Positions 46,587 through 56,086 of a stretch of 56,086 nt of DNA are shown here, one piece after another. The translations under genes were made by a program, and so were the position numbers. The notes under the pieces are model-generated. The model searched no databases. It had not been told where the DNA came from and saw only the letters and a program-made list of their open reading frames with translations. This stretch comes from Bacteroidales bacterium (lineage in GTDB: Bacteria > Bacteroidota > Bacteroidia > Bacteroidales > VadinHA17), in assembly GCA_025455395.1 (NCBI GenBank), contig JALOMO010000027.1, positions 1 to 56,086 of the forward strand, read 5' to 3'. The first letter of the stretch is position 1; each line of letters opens with the position of its first letter.

Positions 46587-47735
46587 ATGTCGAAAAGAGA
46601 CTATTACGAAATACTGGGCTTAAATAAAAGCGCTTCCAAGGATGAGATAAAGAAGGCCTACAGAAAGCAGGCTATCAAGTATCATCCTGACAAGAACCCG
46701 GGCAATAAAGAGGCTGAGGAGAAATTCAAGGAGGCTGCCGAGGCTTACGAGGTTCTCAGTAATGATGAGAAGAGGGCGCGCTATGACCAGTTCGGACATG
46801 CGGGCCTGGGCAATAACATGGGCGGCGGCTTTGGTGGCGGCATGACTGTGGAGGACATCTTCTCCTCTTTCGGAGATATCTTTGGTGATGCTTTCGGCGG
46901 GGCTTTCGGCTCACGCAGGGGCGGAGGACGATCACGGCATGTAAACAAAGGAACAAATCTCAGGGTGAAGGTGAAGCTTACCCTGGAAGAGTTTGCAAAC
47001 GGCGCAGAGAAGAAGATCAAAGTAACAAAGTATGTTACCTGCAATACATGTCACGGCAGCGGTGCTGCCTCTGACAATGACGTGACAACATGTTCTGCAT
47101 GCAAGGGTACAGGTCATACCACAAGGGTTATGAACACTATCCTCGGGCAGATGCAAACCACCGCAGCATGCAATGTCTGCGGAGGTGAGGGCAAGGTAAT
47201 ATCTAAAAAATGTCATAAGTGTTACGGTGAGGGAATAACCCAGGCCGAGGAGGTCATCCCGCTTTCTATCCCTGCAGGCCTTTCTCCGGGAATGCAGCTG
47301 TCGGTCTCAGGCAAAGGAAATGCAGCCAGAAGAGGAGGCATGAACGGTGATCTTATCGTCCTTATTGAAGAAGAGCCGCACCAGGAATTAATACGTGAAG
47401 GTAACGATCTGATATACAATTTGTTTATCAGTATCCCTGACGCTATCCTGGGGACTAATGTTGAGGTGCCGACAATAGATGGAAGGGTGAGAATCAAAAT
47501 CGATCCGGGGACACAGGGTGGTAAGATACTTCGCCTGAGAGCCAAAGGATTGCCTGATGTCAACGGCTATGGCAGAGGTGACCTGCTTGTGAATGTCAAT
47601 GTCTGGATCCCAAAGAACCTCACCAGGGAAGAACAAAAGATTATTGAACAGTATCGCAGTTCAGCTACCTTTACCCCAAAACCAGATGCTGACGATAAAG
47701 GTTTTTTCGACAGGGTAAAGAACTACTTTTCCTGA
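46587..47735 (+). CDS. dnaJ: Chaperone DnaJ
   Basis: J-domain with HPD, G/F-rich region, four CxxCxGxG repeats, C-terminal domain. Confidence 0.97.
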   Translation: MSKRDYYEILGLNKSASKDEIKKAYRKQAIKYHPDKNPGNKEAEEKFKEAAEAYEVLSNDEKRARYDQFGHAGLGNNMGGGFGGGMTVEDIFSSFGDIFGDAFGGAFGSRRGGGRSRHVNKGTNLRVKVKLTLEEFANGAEKKIKVTKYVTCNTCHGSGAASDNDVTTCSACKGTGHTTRVMNTILGQMQTTAACNVCGGEGKVISKKCHKCYGEGITQAEEVIPLSIPAGLSPGMQLSVSGKGNAARRGGMNGDLIVLIEEEPHQELIREGNDLIYNLFISIPDAILGTNVEVPTIDGRVRIKIDPGTQGGKILRLRAKGLPDVNGYGRGDLLVNVNVWIPKNLTREEQKIIEQYRSSATFTPKPDADDKGFFDRVKNYFS

Positions 47736-47838
47736 TTGTTCACACGCTTCATTTAAGGGTTGACTGATGATATCCATTGTTGTCAACCTTTTTTATATAT
47801 TTGAATTTCGCTTTCCAATAATTAAACCAGGAATAATC

Positions 47839-48765
47839 ATGCCCTTGTTCGAAGCACAGAATGTAACCAAGCGCTTTGCCACAATGACTGCGCTTGACGA
47901 CGTGAGCATAAGCGTCCCGCCTCAGAGTATTTACGGCCTTCTTGGGCCGAACGGTGCGGGTAAAACAACCCTTATCCGCATTATCAATCAGATTACTGCA
48001 CCCGACACGGGAAGGGTGCTCCTAAACGGCCAGCCAATAAAACCAGAGGATGTACTCAGGATAGGTTACCTCCCTGAAGAGCGCGGCCTGTACAAGAAAA
48101 TGAAGGTCGGTGAACAGGCCCTTTACCTTGCTCAGCTTAAGGGAGTCAACCGCACCGAAGCAATGCGCCGCCTGAAATACTGGTTCAAGAAACTTGAAAT
48201 AATTGACTGGTGGGATAAAAAGGTTGAAGAGCTGTCAAAGGGGATGCAACAGAAGGTACAGTTTGTCACCACCGTACTTCACGAACCGCAACTGCTCATC
48301 TTCGACGAACCCTTTACAGGTTTCGATCCCATAAACGTCAAAGTGCTCAAAAATGAAATACTGTACCTCCGCGAAAGAGGTGCAACAATTATTTTCTCAA
48401 CTCATAACATGGCTTCTGTTGAGGAATTATGTGATAATATCACCCTTATCAATAAAGCAAAGACTATACTTGAGGGAAGCGTTGAGAAGATACGCAATGA
48501 GTGGGCTGAAAATGAATTTGAGGTTGTCTTTGACGGAGAAGTCAATCTCACGGGTAATTCTCACTTCTCATTAATCAGATCATCATATGAAGGCGGCAAG
48601 AGTCTTGTCAGGGTCAAGTCTGCAGACGGAGGTGACACCAATGAGATAATTAAGACAATGACGGCATCAGGCAGGGTTATCTCTTTCAACCCGGCGCTGC
48701 CTTCAATGAATGATATTTTTATCAAGGTTGTTGAAACAAAAAACAGGGAAGCTTCCAATAACTAA
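47839..48765 (+). CDS. ABC-2 type ATP-binding protein (NatA/YhaQ-like)
   Basis: GPNGAGKT, YLPEERGLY, LSKGMQQ, FDEPF. Start at 47839 after a TATATTTG box (47796-47803). Confidence 0.92.
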   Translation: MPLFEAQNVTKRFATMTALDDVSISVPPQSIYGLLGPNGAGKTTLIRIINQITAPDTGRVLLNGQPIKPEDVLRIGYLPEERGLYKKMKVGEQALYLAQLKGVNRTEAMRRLKYWFKKLEIIDWWDKKVEELSKGMQQKVQFVTTVLHEPQLLIFDEPFTGFDPINVKVLKNEILYLRERGATIIFSTHNMASVEELCDNITLINKAKTILEGSVEKIRNEWAENEFEVVFDGEVNLTGNSHFSLIRSSYEGGKSLVRVKSADGGDTNEIIKTMTASGRVISFNPALPSMNDIFIKVVETKNREASNN

Positions 48766-48768
48766 GCC

Positions 48769-50118
48769 ATGAATAAGATTTCCATCATCATCCAGAGAGA
48801 GTATATTACCAGGGTACGGAAGAAGTCGTTTATAATAATGACCTTCCTCACGCCACTGCTTATGGCTCTTATCTTTGTTATCCCGGCCCTTGTAATGTCA
48901 AATGAAGACAAAGACTTCAAGAAGATAGCGGTGGTAGAGGATGGGGCCGATCTGTTCAACGGTGTTATCAGTGATACAAAGGATACTGACTTTGAGTATC
49001 TTCCTGACGCCAAAATAGACGATCTCAAAAATAATTTTTCGGAACTAGGCTACTATGGGGTTCTTTATATATCACCTCAGGTTATCACAACGCCGAATGC
49101 CATTCAGCTGATATCAAAGAAACAGCCACCTATCGGACTGCTTGATCATATTTCCGGATCGCTTGAAAAAGAGATCGAAAAACAGAAGCTGTTATCATAT
49201 AATATTGAAAATCTTGATGAAATACTCAAAAGCATAAACACCAGCATCAAGATTCAGACAATTAAGATTGATGATGCAGGTGAAGTGAGGGAGACTAGTA
49301 CTGGTATTGCAATGGGGCTGGCCTATATAAGCGGTTTTCTGATGTATATGCTGGTCTTTATGTTTGGTGCCCAGGTTATGCGCGGTGTCATTGAAGAGAA
49401 GACAAGCAGAATAGTTGAAGTAATTGTTTCATCTGTCAAGCCTGTTCAACTTATGCTTGGCAAGATCATAGGCATCGCACTTGTTGGTCTTACCCAGTTT
49501 GCTGTCTGGGTTTTGCTCACAGCCGCCATAGTCATGATTGTTAAATCCAATATCCTGCCTGCAGATACTATGGAACAGGTACAGCAGTTGCCTCAGAGTC
49601 TGGCCCAGGCAGATCAGGCTGTCGCCGGAACAGGAAACATGACAGAAGTACAGCTCACCGAAATGCAGTCACTCTTCTCCAGCGCCCTGAGCCAGCCCTG
49701 GGGACTCATAATCTTCGCATTCCTCTTCTACTTTATTACCGGGTACCTGCTGTATGCCTCACTCTTTGCTGCAATAGGGTCGGCTGTCGACAATGAGACC
49801 GAGACACAACAATTCATGCTTCCGGTTACAGTGCCAATCATACTCGGACTTATTGTGGCAATGGGTACAATGCAAAACCCTGAGAGCTCAATCTCATTCT
49901 GGTTCTCCATAATACCGCTTACCTCCCCCATTGTCATGGTAGCCCGTATCCCGTTTGATGTCCCTGTATGGGAGATAATATTATCTATGACTCTGATGGT
50001 TGCAACAATATTCGGTTGTGTCTGGATGGCTGCAAAGATTTACCGTACCGGCATACTTATGTACGGAAAGAAAACATCATACAAGGAAATATGGAAGTGG
50101 CTTACCTACAAGGGGTAA
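48769..50118 (+). CDS. ABC-2 type permease (NatB/YhaP-like)
   Basis: REYITRVRKKSF, VIEEKTSRIVE, GKIIGI, KIYRTGILMYG. Confidence 0.9.
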   Translation: MNKISIIIQREYITRVRKKSFIIMTFLTPLLMALIFVIPALVMSNEDKDFKKIAVVEDGADLFNGVISDTKDTDFEYLPDAKIDDLKNNFSELGYYGVLYISPQVITTPNAIQLISKKQPPIGLLDHISGSLEKEIEKQKLLSYNIENLDEILKSINTSIKIQTIKIDDAGEVRETSTGIAMGLAYISGFLMYMLVFMFGAQVMRGVIEEKTSRIVEVIVSSVKPVQLMLGKIIGIALVGLTQFAVWVLLTAAIVMIVKSNILPADTMEQVQQLPQSLAQADQAVAGTGNMTEVQLTEMQSLFSSALSQPWGLIIFAFLFYFITGYLLYASLFAAIGSAVDNETETQQFMLPVTVPIILGLIVAMGTMQNPESSISFWFSIIPLTSPIVMVARIPFDVPVWEIILSMTLMVATIFGCVWMAAKIYRTGILMYGKKTSYKEIWKWLTYKG

Positions 50119-50135
50119 GTAAAAATCAATAAATC

Positions 50136-51311
50136 ATGCCGCGTATACTGGTTATTGACGACGAGAAATCGATAAGGAACACCCTTAAAGATGTTCTCGA
50201 ATATGAGAAATATGATGTTGACCTGGCAGAAGATGGTGCCACCGGTATTGATATGTTCTCGCAGGGATCATATCATGCAGTACTCTGTGACATAAAGATG
50301 GCCAAGATGGACGGTATCGAGGTCCTTCAGAGATTGTTTGATATCTCATCCGATGTACCTGTAATAATGATCTCGGGCCACGGGAATATCGATACAGCAG
50401 TTGACGCAATCAAGAAGGGGGCTTTTGATTTCCTCGAGAAGCCTCTCGATCTCAACCGTCTCCTCATTACATTACGTAATGCCCTCGAGCGGGGATCGCT
50501 CATCACGCAGACAAAAGTATTGAAGAAGCAGGTCAGCAAGCGGTTCGAGATAATAGGCAATTCTCCGGCTATTCTGATGGTTAAGGAAATGATAGACAGG
50601 GTAGCTCCTACGGAAGCCCGTGTGCTCATCACCGGAGCGAACGGTACAGGGAAGGAGCTGGTTGCACATCAGATACACGAAAAGAGTAACCGGTCAAAAG
50701 GACCGTTCGTTGAGGTTAACTGCGCTGCCATCCCATCGGAACTAATTGAGAGTGAGCTGTTCGGACACGAGAAAGGATCATTTACCTCAGCCATTAAACA
50801 GCGCATTGGTAAGTTTGAACAGGCCAGCGGAGGCACTATCTTTCTTGATGAGGTCGGAGACATGAGCCTGGCAGCTCAGGCTAAGGTGCTGAGGGCTCTG
50901 CAGGAGAACAAGATAACAAGGGTTGGATCGGATAAGGACATTCATGTTGACGTCAGAGTCATCGCTGCAACAAACAAAAACATCCGGGAAGAGATTGACC
51001 GCAACAACTTCAGGGAAGACCTCTACCACAGGCTCAGCGTGATACTAATTCATGTTCCGACCCTGAACGAAAGGGCTGAAGATATCCCCCTTCTTGCAGA
51101 TCATTTCAACAATCTTATATGCAGTGAATATGGGATGGGCAGGAAGAAGATCATGTCCAATGCAATCACAGAGCTTCAGAAAATTAAGTGGACGGGAAAT
51201 ATAAGAGAGTTCAGGAATGTACTTGAACGGCTCATTATCCTGTGCCCCGAGGAGATAACCGGAAAAGATGTCATTGCATATGCCCATCCGGTGTCCGGAT
51301 TCAATCTTTGA
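50136..51311 (+). CDS. Sigma54-type response regulator (receiver + AAA+, NtrX-like, no evident HTH)
   Basis: Receiver VIDDE/CDIKM/EKP. AAA+ GANGTGKE, ESELFGHEKGSFTSA, FLDEV, FREDLYHRL, GNIREF. Confidence 0.9.
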   Translation: MPRILVIDDEKSIRNTLKDVLEYEKYDVDLAEDGATGIDMFSQGSYHAVLCDIKMAKMDGIEVLQRLFDISSDVPVIMISGHGNIDTAVDAIKKGAFDFLEKPLDLNRLLITLRNALERGSLITQTKVLKKQVSKRFEIIGNSPAILMVKEMIDRVAPTEARVLITGANGTGKELVAHQIHEKSNRSKGPFVEVNCAAIPSELIESELFGHEKGSFTSAIKQRIGKFEQASGGTIFLDEVGDMSLAAQAKVLRALQENKITRVGSDKDIHVDVRVIAATNKNIREEIDRNNFREDLYHRLSVILIHVPTLNERAEDIPLLADHFNNLICSEYGMGRKKIMSNAITELQKIKWTGNIREFRNVLERLIILCPEEITGKDVIAYAHPVSGFNL

Positions 51312-51313
51312 CC

Positions 51314-53680
51314 ATGAAAAAGCTCAACCTCAAGCTCAGCCTCAACCTAGCCTCCCTGTTCATCCTCGCTCTTTTAGCAGGGTGCGAAGGCAGTCTCTCT
51401 CCGGGGATGCCGGTCTCATTCAATGAGGAGTGGCTGTTTATCAGGCAGGACTCTGCAAATATTGACAGGATCCTTCCGGGGAATATTCCGAACCACAAGT
51501 GGGAGGATGTTACCCTGCCGCACACCGCCATCATTGAACCGCTTGTTGTTGAGGAACAGCAATGGACAGGCATCTGCTGGTACAAGAAGATATACAGGGC
51601 TCCCAGAAAGAGCCGCAGCAAGCATACAGGACTCCTATTTGACGGTATGATGCATGATGCAATCATCTACCTTAACGGCGTTGAGATAGCGCGCCATACA
51701 GGCGGGTATATTCCCTTTTATGTTGATATGTCAGCAGACCTGAAATACGGAAAGGAGAATGAGATCCTTGTCAGGCTTGATAACCGTGAGAATCCGGCCA
51801 TACCTCCGGGCAAGCCCCTCTCTGAACTTGACTTTCTTTACTACAGTGGTATTTACCGGAACGTCAGCCTGTACGTAAAAGACAGGCTCCATATAACAAA
51901 TGTAGCCGAGGCAGATGGTCTCCTCGGCGGTGGCGTACTGACAGGCTTTCAAAATGTGGGTCGTGACTCTGCAACTATAACTGTGTCAACACTTGTAAAT
52001 AACGATGACAGAACACCCAGGTCATTTCTCCTTAGAAACAGGCTGCTTGATGCCGCCGGAAATGAATCTTCCTCAGCTGCCACTGACAAGATAGAGATGG
52101 AACCTGGCCAGTCAAGGCGTATAGTTACAGAAATGAAGGTAATGCAGCCGGCACTGTGGTCACCTGATCAACCCTTCCTTTATACTCTCATCACAGAACT
52201 TGAATCGGACGATGAAATTATCGATTGTGTCGAAACACGTACAGGCATCAGGACAATAAGTATAACCTGGGATAAGGGACTCATTTTAAATGGTAATCCA
52301 GTTAATATCATTGGAACAAACCGTCACCAGGAGTATCCTTACATTGGTTATGCATTGTCAGATAATGCCAATTACAGGGATGCATTCAAGATAAGGGAAG
52401 GTGGTTTTAACCTTGTAAGATGCTCACATTACCCTCAGGCACCGGCTTTTCTCGATGCCTGTGACGAGCTGGGAATATTGGTTATGAATGCAATACCGGG
52501 CTGGCAGTTCATCGGCGATTCTCTCTTTTGCGAAGCGGTTATCCGTGATACCAGGATGATGTGCCGCCGTGACCGCAACCACCCTTCTGTCATCATGTGG
52601 GAGTCGTCTCTGAATGAGACTATGATGCCCATCGCATTCCTTAACCGTCTCCATATCGCAGTAAAGGAGGAACTTCCGTACGGTAATAATTACACATGCA
52701 GCTGGATGGATACTGTCTGTGATATCTTCATACCAGCCCGACAGCACGCCTCGGCGCCACATTACTGGAAGAACTATTCGAAGAAGAAACCGATATTCAT
52801 ATGTGAGTACGGCGACTGGGAATATTATGCTAACAATGCCGGATTCAATCAGACGGAGTTCAGTGACCTTGAACCCTCTGCCAGAAACTCCAGGCAACTG
52901 CGAAGCGCAGGCGAGAGAGGCCTCCTTCAGCAGGCCTTCAACTACCAGGAATCACACAATGATAACCTATACGGGCCTTGCTTCGGTGATGCCAACTGGC
53001 TGATTTTCGATTATAACCGCGGTTATGCTCCTGATATTGAGTCATCAGGAATAATGGATATTTTCAGGTTACCTAAGTTTTCTTACTGGTTCTACAGAAG
53101 TCAGTCAGAGGTTGACCCCGTCTGTTTCATTGCGCATTATAATTTGCCAGGTTCAGGTAACACTGTCAGGATATACAGCAATGCAGATACTGTGCACTTA
53201 TTTCAGAATGACACCCTTGTTGCAGTACAGGGAGCCGACAGAGACATAAACAGCACCAACCTGAAGCACCCTCCCTTTACATTTACTATTCCCGGTTATA
53301 AGCCAGGCATTCTTAAAGCTGTAGGTTACAGAAAGGGAACAGAATATACATCGCACTCCGTCACCACTCCGGGTCAGTCCTCCGCGTTGCGACTTACCAT
53401 TGATATGAGCAACAAACCGCTTAAAGCAGACGGTGCAGATGCAGTATTTGTATATGCAGCAGTTGTGGATTCACTTGGTAATCCTGTCCATCTTGCCGAT
53501 TCAACAATAGAATTCTCAGTCAGAGGAGATGCAGTTTTAATAGGCAATAATCCTGTGAAAGCCGAGGCAGGAGTGGCCTCTATCCTGCTCAGGGCCGGAA
53601 CCAGTCCCGGGAAGATAATGATCAGGGCAGAATCCGGATCACTTGCACAGGCCGAATTAATGGCAATAACAAAAAAATAA
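51314..53680 (+). CDS. GH2 glycoside hydrolase (beta-galactosidase-like), lipoprotein
   Basis: Lipobox LAGC, YSGIYRNV, GTNRHQEYP, RCSHYP, RNHPSVIMWESSLNE, CEYGDW. Start at 51314. Confidence 0.9.
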   Translation: MKKLNLKLSLNLASLFILALLAGCEGSLSPGMPVSFNEEWLFIRQDSANIDRILPGNIPNHKWEDVTLPHTAIIEPLVVEEQQWTGICWYKKIYRAPRKSRSKHTGLLFDGMMHDAIIYLNGVEIARHTGGYIPFYVDMSADLKYGKENEILVRLDNRENPAIPPGKPLSELDFLYYSGIYRNVSLYVKDRLHITNVAEADGLLGGGVLTGFQNVGRDSATITVSTLVNNDDRTPRSFLLRNRLLDAAGNESSSAATDKIEMEPGQSRRIVTEMKVMQPALWSPDQPFLYTLITELESDDEIIDCVETRTGIRTISITWDKGLILNGNPVNIIGTNRHQEYPYIGYALSDNANYRDAFKIREGGFNLVRCSHYPQAPAFLDACDELGILVMNAIPGWQFIGDSLFCEAVIRDTRMMCRRDRNHPSVIMWESSLNETMMPIAFLNRLHIAVKEELPYGNNYTCSWMDTVCDIFIPARQHASAPHYWKNYSKKKPIFICEYGDWEYYANNAGFNQTEFSDLEPSARNSRQLRSAGERGLLQQAFNYQESHNDNLYGPCFGDANWLIFDYNRGYAPDIESSGIMDIFRLPKFSYWFYRSQSEVDPVCFIAHYNLPGSGNTVRIYSNADTVHLFQNDTLVAVQGADRDINSTNLKHPPFTFTIPGYKPGILKAVGYRKGTEYTSHSVTTPGQSSALRLTIDMSNKPLKADGADAVFVYAAVVDSLGNPVHLADSTIEFSVRGDAVLIGNNPVKAEAGVASILLRAGTSPGKIMIRAESGSLAQAELMAITKK

Positions 53681-53697
53681 ACAGACCTGACCTAACC

Positions 53698-56085
53698 TCA
53701 GAACCGGAAGTAAATAAAGGGCTGAACAACATTATTACCAACTACATACAGAATCAGTGCTGTACCTATGACCACCAGGAACTTCACTGCCACCGGTAAC
53801 CTTATGAACAGACCCCTGTAAGCCTCTTTGACTGTTACGGGCAGGAAATGGAAGATATATCCTGAAATGATCAGTATCAGAACGGGCAGGTAGGCAATCA
53901 GCACCTTGCCATAATCACCCGGGTTAAAATAGAAGAATATCTGGCCAAGCATGAGGCTGGCTTCTTCCATCGAGCCGGCACGGAAAAAGATCCATGCAAA
54001 GCTCACGAAGTTGAACGTAACTATAAGCCCCGCCAGACGTGCAGCACGGCTTCTTCTTGTTACACCACGGAATATATGTTGCCATATCTTGTTGACAACC
54101 AGTGCAGCACCATGCAAACCTCCCCACAGTACAAATCTTGCCGCTGCTCCGTGCCACAGCCCGCCGAGGAGCATGGTGATCATCAGGTTAATCCCTGTGC
54201 GTACCGATCCTTTCCTGCTCCCGCCCAATGGTATATAAAGATAATCTTTCAGCCACCGTGAGAGTGTTATATGCCATCTCCTCCAGAAATCAGTGATGTT
54301 AGTTGCCTTGTATGGTGAATTAAAATTGAGAGGCAGCCTGAATCCCATCAAAATTGCAACACCGATAGCAATGTCAGTGTAACCGGAAAAGTCACAGTAT
54401 ATCTGCAGACCATAACCATATACTGCCATCAGGTTTTCGAATCCGCTGTAGAGAGCCGGAGTGTCAAACACCCGGTCAATAAATCCGGCAGAGATGAAAT
54501 CAGAGATAAGCATCTTTTTAATCAGTCCCTGGATAATCAGGAAGAGGCCATGGCCGAACTCATTTCGTGTGATGGTATAATCGCCTTTCATCTGGGGGAT
54601 GAACTCAGAAGCCCTGACAATAGGCCCGGCTACAAGCTGAGGAAAGAATGTCAGATAGAATGAAAAATCGATCACGTTCTTTACCGGTTCCATCCTTCCC
54701 CTGTAAATGTCTATGCTGTAACTCAAAGCCTGGAATGTAAAAAATGATATCCCGACAGGAAGAACAATACTGGTTACGTCAAAGGCTGTACCGAACAGGT
54801 TGTTTGACCATGCAGAGAATATGTCATAGGCAGCAAATGAAGTATTGAAAATGGCATTGACTGTTTCTGTGATGAACCCTGCATATTTGAAATAAGAGAG
54901 AAATCCAACCAGAATAAGGATGTTTGATATAAGCCAGAACCTCTTCCAACCCCTGCCGGCCGATCTTCCTGTCATCAGCGCTGTAAAATGGGTAAGGAGG
55001 GCTGTAAGGACAAGAAGAATAATAAAGAGACCACCAGCCCTGTAATAAAAATAGAGACTCACAAACAGCAGCCAGGTATGGCACATTGCCCTCCGTTTTC
55101 TTAGAAGGGCAAAACCTGCCATCACAACAGTGAAGAATATCCAGAACGCCGGGGTGGTGAAAATAAAGGTTTGCTCAGGATGATACCTTATCAACGAGAA
55201 TAGTGAGCGACGGCTTTCAATCACCTCTTCTTCAGGCTGAGGCAAAACAGGTGAAGCTCCAGCCAGGGTTATAGTGTCGGTTGTAATACTGTCTGTCTCA
55301 TACTTAATTGTATCAATCAAATTTACTGCAGAGGTTTCAGCGATGAAAAAGCTGTTATAAAGCCTGCTCGCAATGGTATCAGCTCCCGCATTGGAGAGGT
55401 GAGTCAGGTCTTTTGAGGCAAGTGAAGGGTTATGGTTAAACCATTCAACGATAGATCCTTCTCCGCCCATGCTCTCCCAGGCATCCCAGAAAATGGCACC
55501 GCTTCTCATTGCAGCATTTTTCTGGGCATCCCTGATGGCCGGAATATTAGTATAAGACCTTACTGAGTCTCCTGCCTTCTGGGCCATATCGGTAAGGCTT
55601 ACAAGCATCACCGGGACACCGCCGGAAACCTTTCTTAGAAACTCAACCTGTTTTAATAGCCCCTCTTCATAATAGTGATACTCGCTTCTTACATTCTTTA
55701 CGACATTAAGCCCGTATTGAAGAATAATAAGGTCAGGATCAAGCATTTCAAGGCACTTCTGAAAGTCATGGCTGTCAGTCATCACAAATTCCAGTCCTGC
55801 ACTGCCCCTTACAGGGATATTGTCAACTATTACGCCTGTGTCGCTCTCGAGGCTAAAAGCATAAATGTCAGGAGACACCCGCCCGATGAATTCGACAGTC
55901 ACATCCGACACAGAGGGAAGGGCTACTGAGTATTCCATCGGTCCGGAGCCCTGGTTGAGAAGTGAAAATGCAATCTTCCGGTTTCCTGAAGCAACCCCTA
56001 CGAAGTTTGTATCATTATTATTACTGTAAAATATGCGCAACCTGTCATATCTTGACACTGCTGAATCGGCCCCCGGCACCGCCGT
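53698..56085 (-). CDS. SGNH/GDSL domain fused to MBOAT O-acyltransferase (PatA/AlgI/DltB-like), 5'-truncated by the window edge
   Basis: SGNH blocks ILQYGLN and DLTH. MBOAT motifs LPVGISFFTFQ, FFPQLVAGPI, YCDFSGYTD, FWRRWHITLS and GLWHGA. C-terminal FIYFRF. One continuous frame. Confidence 0.85.
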   Translation of the reverse strand, partial: TAVPGADSAVSRYDRLRIFYSNNNDTNFVGVASGNRKIAFSLLNQGSGPMEYSVALPSVSDVTVEFIGRVSPDIYAFSLESDTGVIVDNIPVRGSAGLEFVMTDSHDFQKCLEMLDPDLIILQYGLNVVKNVRSEYHYYEEGLLKQVEFLRKVSGGVPVMLVSLTDMAQKAGDSVRSYTNIPAIRDAQKNAAMRSGAIFWDAWESMGGEGSIVEWFNHNPSLASKDLTHLSNAGADTIASRLYNSFFIAETSAVNLIDTIKYETDSITTDTITLAGASPVLPQPEEEVIESRRSLFSLIRYHPEQTFIFTTPAFWIFFTVVMAGFALLRKRRAMCHTWLLFVSLYFYYRAGGLFIILLVLTALLTHFTALMTGRSAGRGWKRFWLISNILILVGFLSYFKYAGFITETVNAIFNTSFAAYDIFSAWSNNLFGTAFDVTSIVLPVGISFFTFQALSYSIDIYRGRMEPVKNVIDFSFYLTFFPQLVAGPIVRASEFIPQMKGDYTITRNEFGHGLFLIIQGLIKKMLISDFISAGFIDRVFDTPALYSGFENLMAVYGYGLQIYCDFSGYTDIAIGVAILMGFRLPLNFNSPYKATNITDFWRRWHITLSRWLKDYLYIPLGGSRKGSVRTGINLMITMLLGGLWHGAAARFVLWGGLHGAALVVNKIWQHIFRGVTRRSRAARLAGLIVTFNFVSFAWIFFRAGSMEEASLMLGQIFFYFNPGDYGKVLIAYLPVLILIISGYIFHFLPVTVKEAYRGLFIRLPVAVKFLVVIGTALILYVVGNNVVQPFIYFRF

Positions 56086-56086
56086 T

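Noticed and set aside
39926-53680. GH29 and GH2 as a polysaccharide utilisation locus
   Set aside because: They are about 10 kb apart, separated by housekeeping genes, with no SusC/SusD pair or PUL regulator.
1-56086. Mobile elements, prophage, defence systems, tRNA/rRNA
   Set aside because: No transposase, integrase, phage, restriction/Cas-like or structural RNA signature was recognised by eye. A covariance-model or HMM scan would be needed to exclude small or divergent ones.

Overview
This 56 kb window is gene-dense Bacteroidetes DNA, probably Bacteroidales. The assignment rests on recurring TAnnTTTG -7 promoter boxes, TonB-dependent receptors with N-terminal carboxypeptidase-like domains, a T9SS type-B C-terminal domain and a Bacteroides-type EF-G2. 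In order, it holds: the 3' part of fusA2; an ~14 kb minus-strand cluster (ECF sigma, Spy/ZraP-like protein, putative anti-sigma, 4Fe-4S membrane protein, atypical ABC ATPase, two membrane proteins, TonB-dependent receptor, surface lipoprotein, second outer-membrane barrel, gingipain(C25)-like/HEAT protein); a TetR-TolC-MFP-AcrB-PII-like efflux operon; a frameshifted PKD/T9SS-B gene; uvrD/pcrA; a membrane-anchored LuxR regulator with a divergent target; a polyphosphate cluster (CHAD, PFK, SixA-like, ppk1); an amidase; a TPP-riboswitch thiamine uptake operon; GH29; several housekeeping or unknown genes; grpE-dnaJ; an ABC-2 pair; an HTH-less sigma54 response regulator; GH2; and a truncated SGNH-MBOAT fusion. 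No rRNA, tRNA, CRISPR array, transposase or prophage was seen. The best candidates for new biology are the ECF-linked uptake/protease cluster, the SGNH-MBOAT fusion, the PFK inside a polyP locus, and heptamer arrays at gene 3' ends. All family assignments come from recognising motifs by eye, not from database searches.
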